From Eubacteriales bacterium (lineage in GTDB: Bacteria > Bacillota > Clostridia > Oscillospirales > CAG-272): a stretch of 64,000 nucleotides of DNA. The DNA lies in NCBI GenBank assembly GCA_045580165.1, contig JAZNNG010000046.1, forward strand, positions 831 to 64,830, written 5' to 3'. Positions 1 through 9,330 of this stretch are shown here, piece by piece. Positions within the stretch are counted from its first letter, which is position 1. Every line of letters begins with the position of its first letter. Made by a program: the position numbers and the translations under genes. A model generated the notes under the pieces. The model made no database searches and was not told where the DNA came from. It saw only the letters and a program-made list of their open reading frames with translations.

Positions 1-141
1 GCGCCGCGCAGGATTCGCCCGTCTGCGGACAGAGCTGTGGCGCGGAAAAACAGTCCCCCGGACTGTTTTTTAACACGCGCCCTTCGAATCCTTGCTTACA
101 CAAAAAAATAGGACAGATACCAAAAGGCATCTGTCCGATTT
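1..141 (-). repeat. tRNA-Arg-anchored element: hairpin, inverted T-arm copy, palindromic core, duplicated tRNA 3' end (cut by window edge)
   Basis: Bases 1-17 (gcgccgcgcaggattcg) duplicate part of the tRNA 3' half at ~146-162; core palindrome aaaaacagtcc-ccc-ggactgttttt; hairpin ggacagat...atctgtcc. Confidence 0.7.
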
Positions 142-217
142 TGGCGCGCCGCGCAGGATTCGAACCTGCGGCCTACCGGTTCGTAGCCGGGCACTCTATC
201 CACTGGGCTAGCAGCGC
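142..217 (-). tRNA. tRNA-Arg(ACG)
   Basis: Reverse complement folds as a cloverleaf: GCGCTGC acceptor, anticodon loop CT-ACG-AA, GGTTCGAATCC T-arm, encoded CCA. Confidence 0.96.
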
Positions 218-239
218 ACACGTTTTTGAACGCTCAACT

Positions 240-268
240 ATTATATCACTTGGTACAGGTGTTGTCAA
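240..268 (-). promoter_or_regulatory. sigma-A promoter of tRNA-Arg
   Basis: TTGACA-17 bp-TATAAT with extended TG on the minus strand. Confidence 0.85.
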
Positions 269-331
269 GACGTTTTTTGATTTTTTCTTAAAATTTCAGA
301 AAATTTCCACCTTCAAACTCTACTGTCTTTA

Positions 332-360
332 TTGACAAAAGAGCTCCTTTGTGTTACCAT
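332..360 (+). promoter_or_regulatory. sigma-A promoter of rnpB
   Basis: TTGACA-17 bp-TACCAT with TGn extension, ~22 bp upstream of the RNA. Confidence 0.7.
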
Positions 361-382
361 TAACCAAAAGGAATAAATAAAA

Positions 383-742
383 CGGACCGAGCCGGACAAT
401 CGCGTAATATGTTGCCGAAAGGTATTATTATGAGGAAAGTCCGGGCTTCACAGGGCAGGATAACGGATAACGTCCGCCGGAGGCGACTCCCGGGAAAGTG
501 CAACAGAAATAAACCGCCGCGCAAGCGGTAAGGATGGAAAGGCGAGGTAAGAGCTCACCCAAGCCTATGGTAACATAGGCTTGCTGTAAACCCTATCCGA
601 AGCAACACCTTTGAACGGCTTTTGCCGTGTTTGCCCGACACAGCTTCAATGGTGGCACGAATTTATATTCGGAGCGCCGCGGTAACGCGGCGTAGAGATA
701 GATGATTGTCGATTACAGAACCCGGCTTATAGGCTCGGTCCG
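383..742 (+). ncRNA. rnpB: RNase P RNA (bacterial, A-type-like)
   Basis: Conserved GAGGAAAGTCCGGGC, GAAAGTGCAACAGAAA and ACAGAACCCGGCTTA motifs; terminal P1 pairing cggaccgagcc/ggctcggtccg. Confidence 0.96.
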
Positions 743-831
743 TTTTATTTGTTCCTTTTTCCATTAATTGCGGGGTGACTTTACCTCGCTTTTTTGTTAT
801 AATTAAAGCAGAAAGCGAAAAGGAGATACAG

Positions 832-1089
832 ATGAAAAAGAGAGAGGGGCGACGGCTCACCTGCCGCGCCGTTTACATATTAAAAAGAGGCTTCTTCATT
901 GTCCTGTCAATGCTCGCCGCCGCGAAGCTCTACCTCGATACACTTATTACCATTGAGGGGGGAGGAGAGTGGGCAAGAGTCACACTTTTGCCGCTTGCCC
1001 GTGAGATGCTCTCAACCACTGTTATGACAATTGTTATCATAGTAGTCGCGGCGCTTGTTATCGATATGGCGGAAAAGAGCGACGGATAA
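832..1089 (+). CDS. small membrane hypothetical protein (2 predicted TM helices)
   Basis: AAGGAG RBS before ATG 832; two hydrophobic stretches. Confidence 0.6.
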   Translation: MKKREGRRLTCRAVYILKRGFFIVLSMLAAAKLYLDTLITIEGGGEWARVTLLPLAREMLSTTVMTIVIIVVAALVIDMAEKSDG

Positions 1090-1299
1090 GAACACTCCCG
1101 GAGAAGCAGATAAAATTCAGAGAGTGGACGAATGTAGTGCCCTTACCCCGCGCAAAGACGATGTCTTTGCGCTTTTTAAAGTTTTTGGGGTGCCTTTTTT
1201 CAAAAAGGCACGAAAAAATCTCTCACACTATTGTAATTTAAGTAAAATAGAAGTATAATAATATAAGCAGAAGTTTGATTTCGCGGACGGGGGATAAAA

Positions 1300-2424
1300 A
1301 TGAACATAGGACTTCTTGGATTCGGCTCAATGGGACGCACACATTCGTGGGCGGTTGAAAACATAAAATTCTATTACAAGGATCTGCCGTTTGAGGCGAA
1401 GATAAAGGGAGTATATACGAGAACTCCCGAAACGCGCGAGGCGGCGGCAAGGACGTTCGGCTTTGACATAGCAGCCGCGAGCGAGGATGAGCTCATCTAC
1501 AACGACGATATTGACGTAATAGATATTTGCACACCGAACGTAAGTCACTACGAAACTCTCAAAAAAGCAATAAACGCAGGCAAGCATATATACTGCGAAA
1601 AGCCGCTTTGCGTAACGTCTGCGCAGGCGTACGAGATAGCGGAGCTTGCCGACAAGCGCGGAGTTGTTGGAAAGATAGTTTTCAACAACAGATATATGAG
1701 CGCAATGCTTGCCGCAAAAAAGCTTGTTGATGAGGGTAAGCTCGGACGGATACTCAGCTTCAGATGCACCTATCTCCACTCAAGCTGCACAGACCTTAAT
1801 AAGTCGGCAGGCTGGAAGCAGAACAAGGACGTCTGCGGAGGAGGCGTTTTATTCGACCTTGGCTCACACGCCATTGACCTCGTTTACCATATCTGCGGAA
1901 AATTCAAGCAGGTCAACGGCAGAGCGCAGATAGCGTTCCCCACACGTACGGGAATGGACGGTAAGCTCTGGCAGACCAACGCCGACGAAGCGTTTTATAT
2001 GATAGCCGAGCTTGAATGCGGCGCAGTCGGCACAATTGAAGCAAGCAAGATAGCGGTCGGCGCAAACGATGACCTCACGCTTGAGGTCTACGGCACGGAC
2101 GGAAGCATCCGCTTTAACCTTATGGACCCGAACTATCTTTATTTTTACGATAACAATAAGCCCGGCGGCGACTTCGGCGGAGAAAAGGGCTTTACTAAAA
2201 TAGAATGTGTCAGCAGATACGCGGCTCCCGCAGGAATATTCCCGGGAATCAAAGCTCCGACGGGCTGGCTCCGCGGACACCTCGGAAGTATGTACGACTT
2301 CCTCGACGCAGTATACAGAAACGACAGACAGTCACACCCGAATTTTGACGATGCAAGCCATGTTCAGCGCGTAATGGAGGCAGGCTACGAATCAAGCGTG
2401 TCGGGACGCAGTATAATTATTTGA
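1300..2424 (+). CDS. Gfo/Idh/MocA family oxidoreductase
   Basis: N-terminal GLLGFGSMG Rossmann motif, CEKP, GGGVLFDLGSH. Confidence 0.92.
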   Translation: MNIGLLGFGSMGRTHSWAVENIKFYYKDLPFEAKIKGVYTRTPETREAAARTFGFDIAAASEDELIYNDDIDVIDICTPNVSHYETLKKAINAGKHIYCEKPLCVTSAQAYEIAELADKRGVVGKIVFNNRYMSAMLAAKKLVDEGKLGRILSFRCTYLHSSCTDLNKSAGWKQNKDVCGGGVLFDLGSHAIDLVYHICGKFKQVNGRAQIAFPTRTGMDGKLWQTNADEAFYMIAELECGAVGTIEASKIAVGANDDLTLEVYGTDGSIRFNLMDPNYLYFYDNNKPGGDFGGEKGFTKIECVSRYAAPAGIFPGIKAPTGWLRGHLGSMYDFLDAVYRNDRQSHPNFDDASHVQRVMEAGYESSVSGRSIII

Positions 2425-3053
2425 CGGAGAAAAAGATGTTAGTAGTAGGACTTACGGGCCCCACGGGAGCAGGAAAGTCAATAGTATCGGGCATCCTTAC
2501 AAAAAACGGGATACCCGTTATCGACACGGATAAGGTCTCGCGCCTCGTCTGTGAAAAGGGAAAGCCCTGCCTTCTCGAGCTTGTCGAGTGCTTCGGGGAG
2601 AAGATACTTACCCCCGACGGTACCCTTGATCGCAAGGCGCTTGCACACGAGGTCTTCGAGTCTGAAAGCCACGCTGAAAAGCTTACGCGCCTTAACGCGA
2701 TCAGCCACAGGCATATTCTCGCTCACGTTGACAACTGGCTTTTTGAAATGAGCGCAAATGGGCACGCTGCCGCGGCGGTCGACGCGCCTCAGCTCTTTGA
2801 ATCGGGCTACGATAAAAAATGCGATTTTATAATCGGTGTAGTCGCCGATAAAGGCAAACGAATCGAGCGTATCAAAACGAGAGATAATATAGACACGGAT
2901 ACGGCTCTTGCGCGGATAGAGTCACAGCATAGCGACGGATTTTTTGAAGAAAACTGCACGGTCTTGCTCCATAATGATAAGAGCGAAGACGAGCTTGAAG
3001 CCGAAATGGCTGAAATTATTGAAAAACTCGGGCGCGGAGAGCTTCCGTGCTGA
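2421..3053 (+). CDS. coaE: dephospho-CoA kinase
   Basis: GLTGPTGAGKS P-loop, IDTD, LDRKALA, DAPQLFE. Confidence 0.93.
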   Translation: MTEKKMLVVGLTGPTGAGKSIVSGILTKNGIPVIDTDKVSRLVCEKGKPCLLELVECFGEKILTPDGTLDRKALAHEVFESESHAEKLTRLNAISHRHILAHVDNWLFEMSANGHAAAAVDAPQLFESGYDKKCDFIIGVVADKGKRIERIKTRDNIDTDTALARIESQHSDGFFEENCTVLLHNDKSEDELEAEMAEIIEKLGRGELPC

Positions 3054-3065
3054 AAGGCGGAGGGC

Positions 3066-3632
3066 TTGAAAATAAGAAAAACTCTTACTCGGACGCTCGC
3101 TTTAATACTTGCACTGATATTCCTGTGCGGCGCGTATCTGGCGTTTGGTGAAGCCAAAGAAAGAAGGCTCTTGCGCGAGTATCCGCTTGCGTACACGGAC
3201 GAGGTCGAGCTTGCAAGCGAGAAATATCACATCTCTCCCGAAATACTTTACGCGGTCATACGTACCGAAAGCGGCTTTGACCCGAACGCCGTGTCAAAGG
3301 CGGGCGCGTACGGACTTATGCAGATAACACCCGACACGTACGATTGGCTTTTGTACGTAAGACGCGAAGACGAGCGCGGCGACCTTTTGGACCCCCGTAC
3401 AAATATCGAGTACGGCGCGTATTTTCTCGCGTACCTGCATAGAAAATTTGAAAGCTGGGACACCGTCTTTGCCGCGTACAACGCAGGAATGAACAGGGTG
3501 TCGGAGTGGCTTCTCGATGAGAATATCTCCGAAAACGGCAGACTTGTTAATATCCCCTACGTCGAGACCGACAATTACGTTAAAAAAGTAAACAACGCGA
3601 TAGAAATATACAGAAGCTTATACGAAATGTGA
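3066..3632 (+). CDS. lytic transglycosylase (SLT domain)
   Basis: IRTES, GAYGLMQ, AAYNAG motifs; N-terminal TM; typical position after coaE. Confidence 0.92.
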   Translation: MKIRKTLTRTLALILALIFLCGAYLAFGEAKERRLLREYPLAYTDEVELASEKYHISPEILYAVIRTESGFDPNAVSKAGAYGLMQITPDTYDWLLYVRREDERGDLLDPRTNIEYGAYFLAYLHRKFESWDTVFAAYNAGMNRVSEWLLDENISENGRLVNIPYVETDNYVKKVNNAIEIYRSLYEM

Positions 3633-3643
3633 AAGGAAATATT

Positions 3644-5044
3644 ATGAGCGAAAAGACAGAAGGACAGTTGTTAAAGGAAAAGCTTTTCTATAAGTCCGAA
3701 AACGCATACCACACCGTAGACGAGTCGGATATCGAGGCGGCGTACGAGTACGCCAAGGGCTATAAGAAATTTCTTGATACCGCAAAAACAGAGCGCGAGG
3801 CGGTGAGAGAAGCCGAAAAAATGGCGGTGGAAAACGGCTTTGAACCGTACATTTTCGGTATGAAGCTCATGGTCGGCGGTAAGTACTACTACAACAATCG
3901 CGGCAAGAGCTTTTACGCGTTCAGAATAGGCGAGGAGTCGCTTACACAGGGAATACGTATCGCCGCGGCGCATATAGATTCCCCCAGACTTGACTTGAAG
4001 CCGCGCCCTCTTTACGAGGACGGCGAAATGGGCTTTCTCAAGACCCATTACTACGGCGGAATAAAGAAATATCAGTGGACCGCAATTCCTCTCGCCCTTC
4101 ACGGCAGAGTGGTGATGTCCGATAACAGTACTGTTGATATCGTGATAGGCGAGGACGAAAACGACCCCGTCCTCTATATAAACGACCTTCCGCCTCACCT
4201 CGCGCAGACCCAGAGCACGAAAACTCTGTCGGTTGCGATAGAGGGCGAGAGTCTTAACCTCCTCGTCGGCAGTAAGCCTTATCCCGACAAGGAAGCAGGC
4301 GATAATATAAAGCTGAATATTCTCTCAATTCTCAACGAAAAGTACGGAATAACCGAAGCGGACCTCGTGTCTGCGGAGCTTTCGGCAGTACCCGCCGCAA
4401 AGGCAAGAGATGCGGGACTCGACCGTTCGATGATAGCGTCCTACGGACACGACGACAGAGTTTGCGCTTACCCCGCGCTTACCGCGCTCTTTGACGAAAG
4501 CCTTGACACGACACATACGGTAATGACCGTTCTTGCCGATAAGGAGGAAACGGGAAGCGACGGAAACACGGGTATGAAATCCTCGCTAATCCGCGACCTT
4601 ATCGATGAGATGGCAAAGGCGTTCGACGTTTCACCGAGCCTCGTGCGCGCAAACACAAAATGCCTCTCCGCAGACGTGAACGTGGCGTTTGACCCCAATT
4701 TCCCCGAGGTCTTTGAAAAGAGAAACACCGCGTTTATAAACCACGGCGTCGTAATTTCAAAGTACACGGGCGCAAGAGGCAAAAGCGGAACGTCCGACGC
4801 GTCTGCCGAGTTCCTCGGTTATATCAAAAACAACTTCGATAAACGCGGAGTAGTATGGCAGATAGCAGAGCTCGGTAAGGTGGACCAGGGAGGCGGCGGA
4901 ACCGTTGCCGCATACCTCGCAAACCTCAATATAGACGTTATCGACCTCGGTGTACCCGTGCTCTCAATGCACGCGCCCACTGAAATTATCGCAAAGCTTG
5001 ACTTATATATGGCTCACAAAGCGATCCTTACACTTTTTGAATAA
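3644..5044 (+). CDS. M18 family aminopeptidase
   Basis: AHIDSPRLDLK, YYGGIKKYQW, GHDDR, DKEETGS, SMHAP; ATG 3644 after RBS. Confidence 0.92.
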   Translation: MSEKTEGQLLKEKLFYKSENAYHTVDESDIEAAYEYAKGYKKFLDTAKTEREAVREAEKMAVENGFEPYIFGMKLMVGGKYYYNNRGKSFYAFRIGEESLTQGIRIAAAHIDSPRLDLKPRPLYEDGEMGFLKTHYYGGIKKYQWTAIPLALHGRVVMSDNSTVDIVIGEDENDPVLYINDLPPHLAQTQSTKTLSVAIEGESLNLLVGSKPYPDKEAGDNIKLNILSILNEKYGITEADLVSAELSAVPAAKARDAGLDRSMIASYGHDDRVCAYPALTALFDESLDTTHTVMTVLADKEETGSDGNTGMKSSLIRDLIDEMAKAFDVSPSLVRANTKCLSADVNVAFDPNFPEVFEKRNTAFINHGVVISKYTGARGKSGTSDASAEFLGYIKNNFDKRGVVWQIAELGKVDQGGGGTVAAYLANLNIDVIDLGVPVLSMHAPTEIIAKLDLYMAHKAILTLFE

Positions 5045-5075
5045 ATAAATTATAATTTTGAAAGGAATATAAAAA

Positions 5076-6041
5076 ATGAGCGAACTTCTTAAACAAATCA
5101 GCGATTACGGTCTTGTTCCCGTAATCAAGATCGACGACGTAGAAAAGGCAGTACCGCTTGCAAAGGCACTCTGTGACGGAGGACTCCCCGTAGCAGAGGT
5201 AACCTTCAGAACGGCGTGCGCCGCAGAGGCTATTGCCGCTATGGCAAAGGCATACCCCGATATGATAGTCGGCGCAGGTACAGTTCTCACCTGCGAGCAG
5301 GCAGACGCCGCAGTAAAGGCGGGCGCTAAGTTCATCGTAAGCCCCGGACTCAACCCCAAGGTGGTTGCACATTGCGTTGAAAACAATATCCCGATAGTAC
5401 CGGGATGCGCAAACCCCAGCGACATCGAGGCGGCTATCAGCTTTGGTCTTGATACCGTAAAATTCTTCCCCGCAGAGCCCGCAGGCGGACTCAATATGCT
5501 CAAGGCAATGAGCGCACCCTACGGTAATATCAAGTTTATGCCCACGGGCGGTATCAACGAGGAAAACCTCAATACATACTTAAAGTTTGATAAGATCATC
5601 GCGTGCGGCGGAAGCTTTATGGTTCCCACAGACCTTCTTAACGCAGGTGAGTTTGATAAGATCACAGAGCTCGTAAGAAATGCAGTACAGCTCGTTCTCG
5701 GTTTTGAGCTCAAGCACGTAGGTATCAACTGCGAGAGCCGTGAAGAAGCAGAAAAGGCGCTCAAGATGATAGAGCTTATGTTTGGCTTTAAGGGTCAGAC
5801 CCCCGGTAAGACGGCAGTGTTCGCAGGTAAGGAATTTGAGCTTATCTATAGCCCCTACCTCGGCAAGCACGGTCACGTAGCAATCGCAACCAACTCAATG
5901 GAGAGAGCAGTAGCATACTTCAACCGCCTCGGCATCAAGTTTAAGGACGGCACAGCAAAGTATGACGATAAGGGCAAGCTCAAGGCGATCTACTTCGAAG
6001 AAGAGATCGCAGGCTTCGCATTCCACCTTCTCAGAAAGTAA
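5076..6041 (+). CDS. eda: KDPG/KHG aldolase with C-terminal VOC-like extension
   Basis: AEVTFRT, GAGTV, FIVSPG, KFFPAE, PTGGI; extra ~110 aa HVGIN...HVAIAT domain. Confidence 0.9.
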   Translation: MSELLKQISDYGLVPVIKIDDVEKAVPLAKALCDGGLPVAEVTFRTACAAEAIAAMAKAYPDMIVGAGTVLTCEQADAAVKAGAKFIVSPGLNPKVVAHCVENNIPIVPGCANPSDIEAAISFGLDTVKFFPAEPAGGLNMLKAMSAPYGNIKFMPTGGINEENLNTYLKFDKIIACGGSFMVPTDLLNAGEFDKITELVRNAVQLVLGFELKHVGINCESREEAEKALKMIELMFGFKGQTPGKTAVFAGKEFELIYSPYLGKHGHVAIATNSMERAVAYFNRLGIKFKDGTAKYDDKGKLKAIYFEEEIAGFAFHLLRK

Positions 6042-6053
6042 TAAAGCAACAAC

Positions 6054-6087
6054 AAAAGAACGCAGTGAAGATCACTGCGTTCTTTTT
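6054..6087 (+). terminator. intrinsic terminator
   Basis: aaaagaacgcagtga-ag-atcactgcgttcttttt stem-loop with T-tract. Confidence 0.8.
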
Positions 6088-6108
6088 AGTTGTATTTGGT
6101 TGTTTTCA

Positions 6109-6708
6109 CGGGATGCCGAGGTAGCGAAGCGGCGCCGAGGGAGTGAATGATATGCCGGGGGCATATCAGGGCCGAGGCGTGACCGAACCGCAGTAGACCG
6201 TTATCCCCTACGAATGAGATTCTGAATTTGCTTGTAGGGACAGGCGTCCTCGACTGTCCGTTTGCAACGAAAATTGCAATTTAATCTTCATTCACACGTT
6301 GAGATTAAATTTCTCGTTTTTACGGCGGGAGCAAGCCCCCGCCCTACGGATGAAATTTTCAATCACACCTCGTAGGGGCGAACTGTGTTCGCCCGCAAAT
6401 TCACACCAACAAAAAAGGGCGACCAAAGGTCGCCCCTGCGATGAAATATTCGTTTGTAGGGGAGGCGTTTCGCCTCCCGTTCAAATTTATGCCAACCTCA
6501 AACACGGGTTAAGGTCAATATTTGCCGCAAAACTTTATGCGTGCCAAAAAGTTTACCTCAAATAATGGAAACCGCCATTACCTACAATAGAAATATTATT
6601 GGTAGGGGAGGGGCTTGTGTCCCCGACGGTCCGAAGTTTACGGACGACCGATGGTCGCCCCTACGAGAGATTTGGAATTTTCTCGTAGGGGAGGGGTTTC
6701 CCCTCCCG
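6109..6708. repeat. cluster of ~9 GTAG-type REP-like palindromes, mostly in alternating orientation
   Basis: GTAGGG+hairpin or hairpin+CCCTAC units at ~6109-6211, 6234-6260, 6323-6347, 6372-6395, 6417-6439 (ends CCCTGC), 6456-6479, 6602-6633, 6641-6664, 6685-6708. Confidence 0.8.
6121..6198 (+). mobile_element. 78-bp miniature element, copy A (TGATATGCC-N3-GGCATATCA core)
   Basis: Highly similar copy at 60301-60378; interrupts a REP-like hairpin. Confidence 0.6.
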
Positions 6709-6800
6709 TTCAAATTTTTGCAAGTATCAGAGTATGGGTCGAGATTTTATTTCTACCACCCCCCACGCGCTGTTTGCCCACGGGCGCTACGGCCCCCGGT

Positions 6801-6989
6801 TCATTTCACCTTGCTGTTGTCAATAGCATATTCGAGTAAAATGTTTATTAGTTCGTTTCTCGAACGGTTTGTCTGTTCCGCGAGATTATTTAATTTTACA
6901 ACAGTTTCTTCCTTGATTCTGATAGAGAATACCTTGTATCCGTCTTCGCCCTTCAAATCTTTCTTGTTAATAATAAGCTCTTTCTGCAA
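6801..6989 (-). CDS. CopG/ribbon-helix-helix family DNA-binding protein
   Basis: KVFSIRIKEETVVKLNNLAEQTNRSRNELINILL RHH pattern; GAGGTG RBS before TTG 6989. Confidence 0.8.
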   Translation of the reverse strand: MQKELIINKKDLKGEDGYKVFSIRIKEETVVKLNNLAEQTNRSRNELINILLEYAIDNSKVK

Positions 6990-7078
6990 ACATATCACCT
7001 CACATATATTATATCTTGACAAAGATCGCAAATATATGTTATTATTAATAACATAAAATATAACACACGGAGGCTATT

Positions 7079-9115
7079 ATGAAGAAGTTATTAGCAGGAT
7101 TCTTAGTACTACTAATGTTTTTTATTTGTTGTTTCCCATTTTCGGTAGAGGCAGCAACAACACCAGAAACGGTAAGTGTATCGCAAGTACAAACAAAGAT
7201 AGAAAAACTAAAAAGTTTTTCAAAAAAATGGTTTACAAGTGATGAAACAAAATGTGAATTAACATCTAGCGAAAGTAATAATGGTTATACTTGGCATCAA
7301 AGTTGTTCTAATTGCAATAACGGTGAGGTTTTGGCAAATAATACATGGGTAAGTAATTGGATTAAATCTGAATATGGTGTTTCGTCAAGTGAACTTGACA
7401 GAGGTAATTTCCCTTATCAGTATTTTCCTAAGTCATCAAATCCGTCCGCAAGTCATTTTCAAAACGGAAGCGGCTCGTCGTGCTATGGATTTGCATCATT
7501 TGCACAGTGGTATATTTTTTCCACAAAATCTACGGACAAAGTAACGCCTACGCTTGTAGTTAGTGGAGTTGAATATAATTACGAAAATTTATCAAAGTAT
7601 GCAAAACCTGGCGATATAATAAGAACATCATCGTCGGATGGAAGTTCCTCAGGGCACTCTATGATATTTATTTCTTGTACTTCTACAGGCGTGACACACA
7701 TTGATTGCAACGGAACCGTTAGTGGGTGTAGAGTGGATTATAATCAGAATCAATCCTATACTTTTTCGTCAAAACGTAAATATATGGCAATAACAAGAGC
7801 AAGTAATTCTCCATATAATTCTTTAGATAATGTTGTAGACGGAAGTTTATATCTATGCACTGATTCTGAGGGTCACACAATAAGAGACAGTGCTTCAACC
7901 TCGGGAGACTCGCTGGGCACAATACCTAATAATGAGTATTTTGTTGTAACGGAAACCACAGAAGATGGAAAATGGGGATTTCTTACATACAAAACAACAG
8001 TAGGATGGACTAGGTTGTATGAAGATTATACACAATATGTAGGTCCTTACACCTGCCCTGTTGTAACCTTCAACGCCAATGGCGGTAGCGTATCAACTCC
8101 AAGCAAAAATGTATATATAAATACTCCTTACGGCGAGCTTCCCACACCCACTCGCACGGGATATAAGTTTAACGGATGGTACACTTCTGCGAGTGGTGGA
8201 ACTAAGGTTACAGATACGAGCAATGTAACACTTACGGAGAATCAGACCTTATATGCTCATTGGACTGCGAATACGTACACCATTACCTACAATGCAAACG
8301 GAGGTAGCGGCGCACCTGCAAATCAGACCAAAACACACGATGTTACGCTGACACTCAGCACAACAAAGCCGACAAAGACGGGTTACACGTTTGTAAACTG
8401 GAAAGCAACAAACGGAACAACGTATGCCGCAGGTGCCTCGTATACGGCAAATGCAGGAACTACATTGACGGCACAGTGGAAAGCTAACACCTATACTGTT
8501 ACCTACAACGCAAACGGCGGTAGCGGCGCACCTGCAAATCAGACCAAAACACACGATGTTACGCTGACACTCAGTACCACAAAGCCGACAAGAACGGGTT
8601 ACACGTTCAAAGGATGGGCAACGAGCGCAAGCGGAAGCGTAGCATACGCATCAGGTGCAAATTATACTTCTAACTCAAGTGTTACCTTGTATGCAGTATG
8701 GGAAAAGAATCTTGTAGATGCACAAAGCATAGTTTTGGGTGAGCACAAAACAACTTTAGAGATTGGTGAAACTGATACCGTTTCATTCTCTATAACTCCT
8801 GCAAATTCCGACTGGGAAACGATGTATTTCTTATATTATGATAGCGATATTGTTGAGCTTAAATGGGTCAATAATCAAGATGCTTTTGAGGTGACGGCGA
8901 AATCAGCCGGTGAAACCGAAATAGTTATTGAATTGGAGAATGAATCGGGTACAAAAATTAAGACAAGTTATGTGATCAATGTGAAATTACCCGAAAATTC
9001 ATCTGTAATGGGAGACGTTAACGGTGACGGTGAAGTTACGTCTCTGGATGTAATTATTCTTTCTCGTCATATCGCAGGGTGGACGGGATATGAAACATTG
9101 CCGTACGGCAAATAA
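7079..9115 (+). CDS. secreted modular protein: CHAP/NlpC-like domain, SH3-like, 3 InlB B-type repeats, Ig-like, C-terminal half dockerin
   Basis: Signal peptide; SCYGFA...GHSMIF...DCN; FNANGGS/YNANGGSGAP...TGYTF repeats; GDVNGDGEVTSLD calcium loop; AT-richer than flanks. Confidence 0.75.
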   Translation: MKKLLAGFLVLLMFFICCFPFSVEAATTPETVSVSQVQTKIEKLKSFSKKWFTSDETKCELTSSESNNGYTWHQSCSNCNNGEVLANNTWVSNWIKSEYGVSSSELDRGNFPYQYFPKSSNPSASHFQNGSGSSCYGFASFAQWYIFSTKSTDKVTPTLVVSGVEYNYENLSKYAKPGDIIRTSSSDGSSSGHSMIFISCTSTGVTHIDCNGTVSGCRVDYNQNQSYTFSSKRKYMAITRASNSPYNSLDNVVDGSLYLCTDSEGHTIRDSASTSGDSLGTIPNNEYFVVTETTEDGKWGFLTYKTTVGWTRLYEDYTQYVGPYTCPVVTFNANGGSVSTPSKNVYINTPYGELPTPTRTGYKFNGWYTSASGGTKVTDTSNVTLTENQTLYAHWTANTYTITYNANGGSGAPANQTKTHDVTLTLSTTKPTKTGYTFVNWKATNGTTYAAGASYTANAGTTLTAQWKANTYTVTYNANGGSGAPANQTKTHDVTLTLSTTKPTRTGYTFKGWATSASGSVAYASGANYTSNSSVTLYAVWEKNLVDAQSIVLGEHKTTLEIGETDTVSFSITPANSDWETMYFLYYDSDIVELKWVNNQDAFEVTAKSAGETEIVIELENESGTKIKTSYVINVKLPENSSVMGDVNGDGEVTSLDVIILSRHIAGWTGYETLPYGK

Positions 9116-9124
9116 ATCTCAATA

Positions 9125-9158
9125 CAAAAAGAGCAGTTCAAATGAACTGCTCTTTTTG
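9125..9158 (+). terminator. intrinsic terminator
   Basis: caaaaagagcagttca-aa-tgaactgctctttttg. Confidence 0.8.
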
Positions 9159-9183
9159 CTTGAATTTATATACTGAGATTTAA

Positions 9184-9323
9184 CGGGACGTCACGACATT
9201 TCTTCGCAAGTCGGGACGTCATCCCCTACAAACCCACACAGACGTTCAGGTATGGGTTGAGATTTTGCTAGTCGGAATATTCTGCGCGCAATAAAGCTTT
9301 TTGTGTTAATTTTTTCAAAAAAG
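9184..9323. repeat. degenerate GTAG REP plus a copy of the GGGTATGGGT dispersed element
   Basis: cgggacgtc...atcccctac followed by ggtatgggttgagattt...gcgcgc...ttttttcaaaaaag. Confidence 0.6.
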
Positions 9324-9330
9324 AGACGGC

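Noticed and set aside
6299-7056. Plus-strand ORFs 6299-6565, 6541-7056, 6615-6839
   Set aside because: They are translations of REP palindromes and the antisense of the RHH gene
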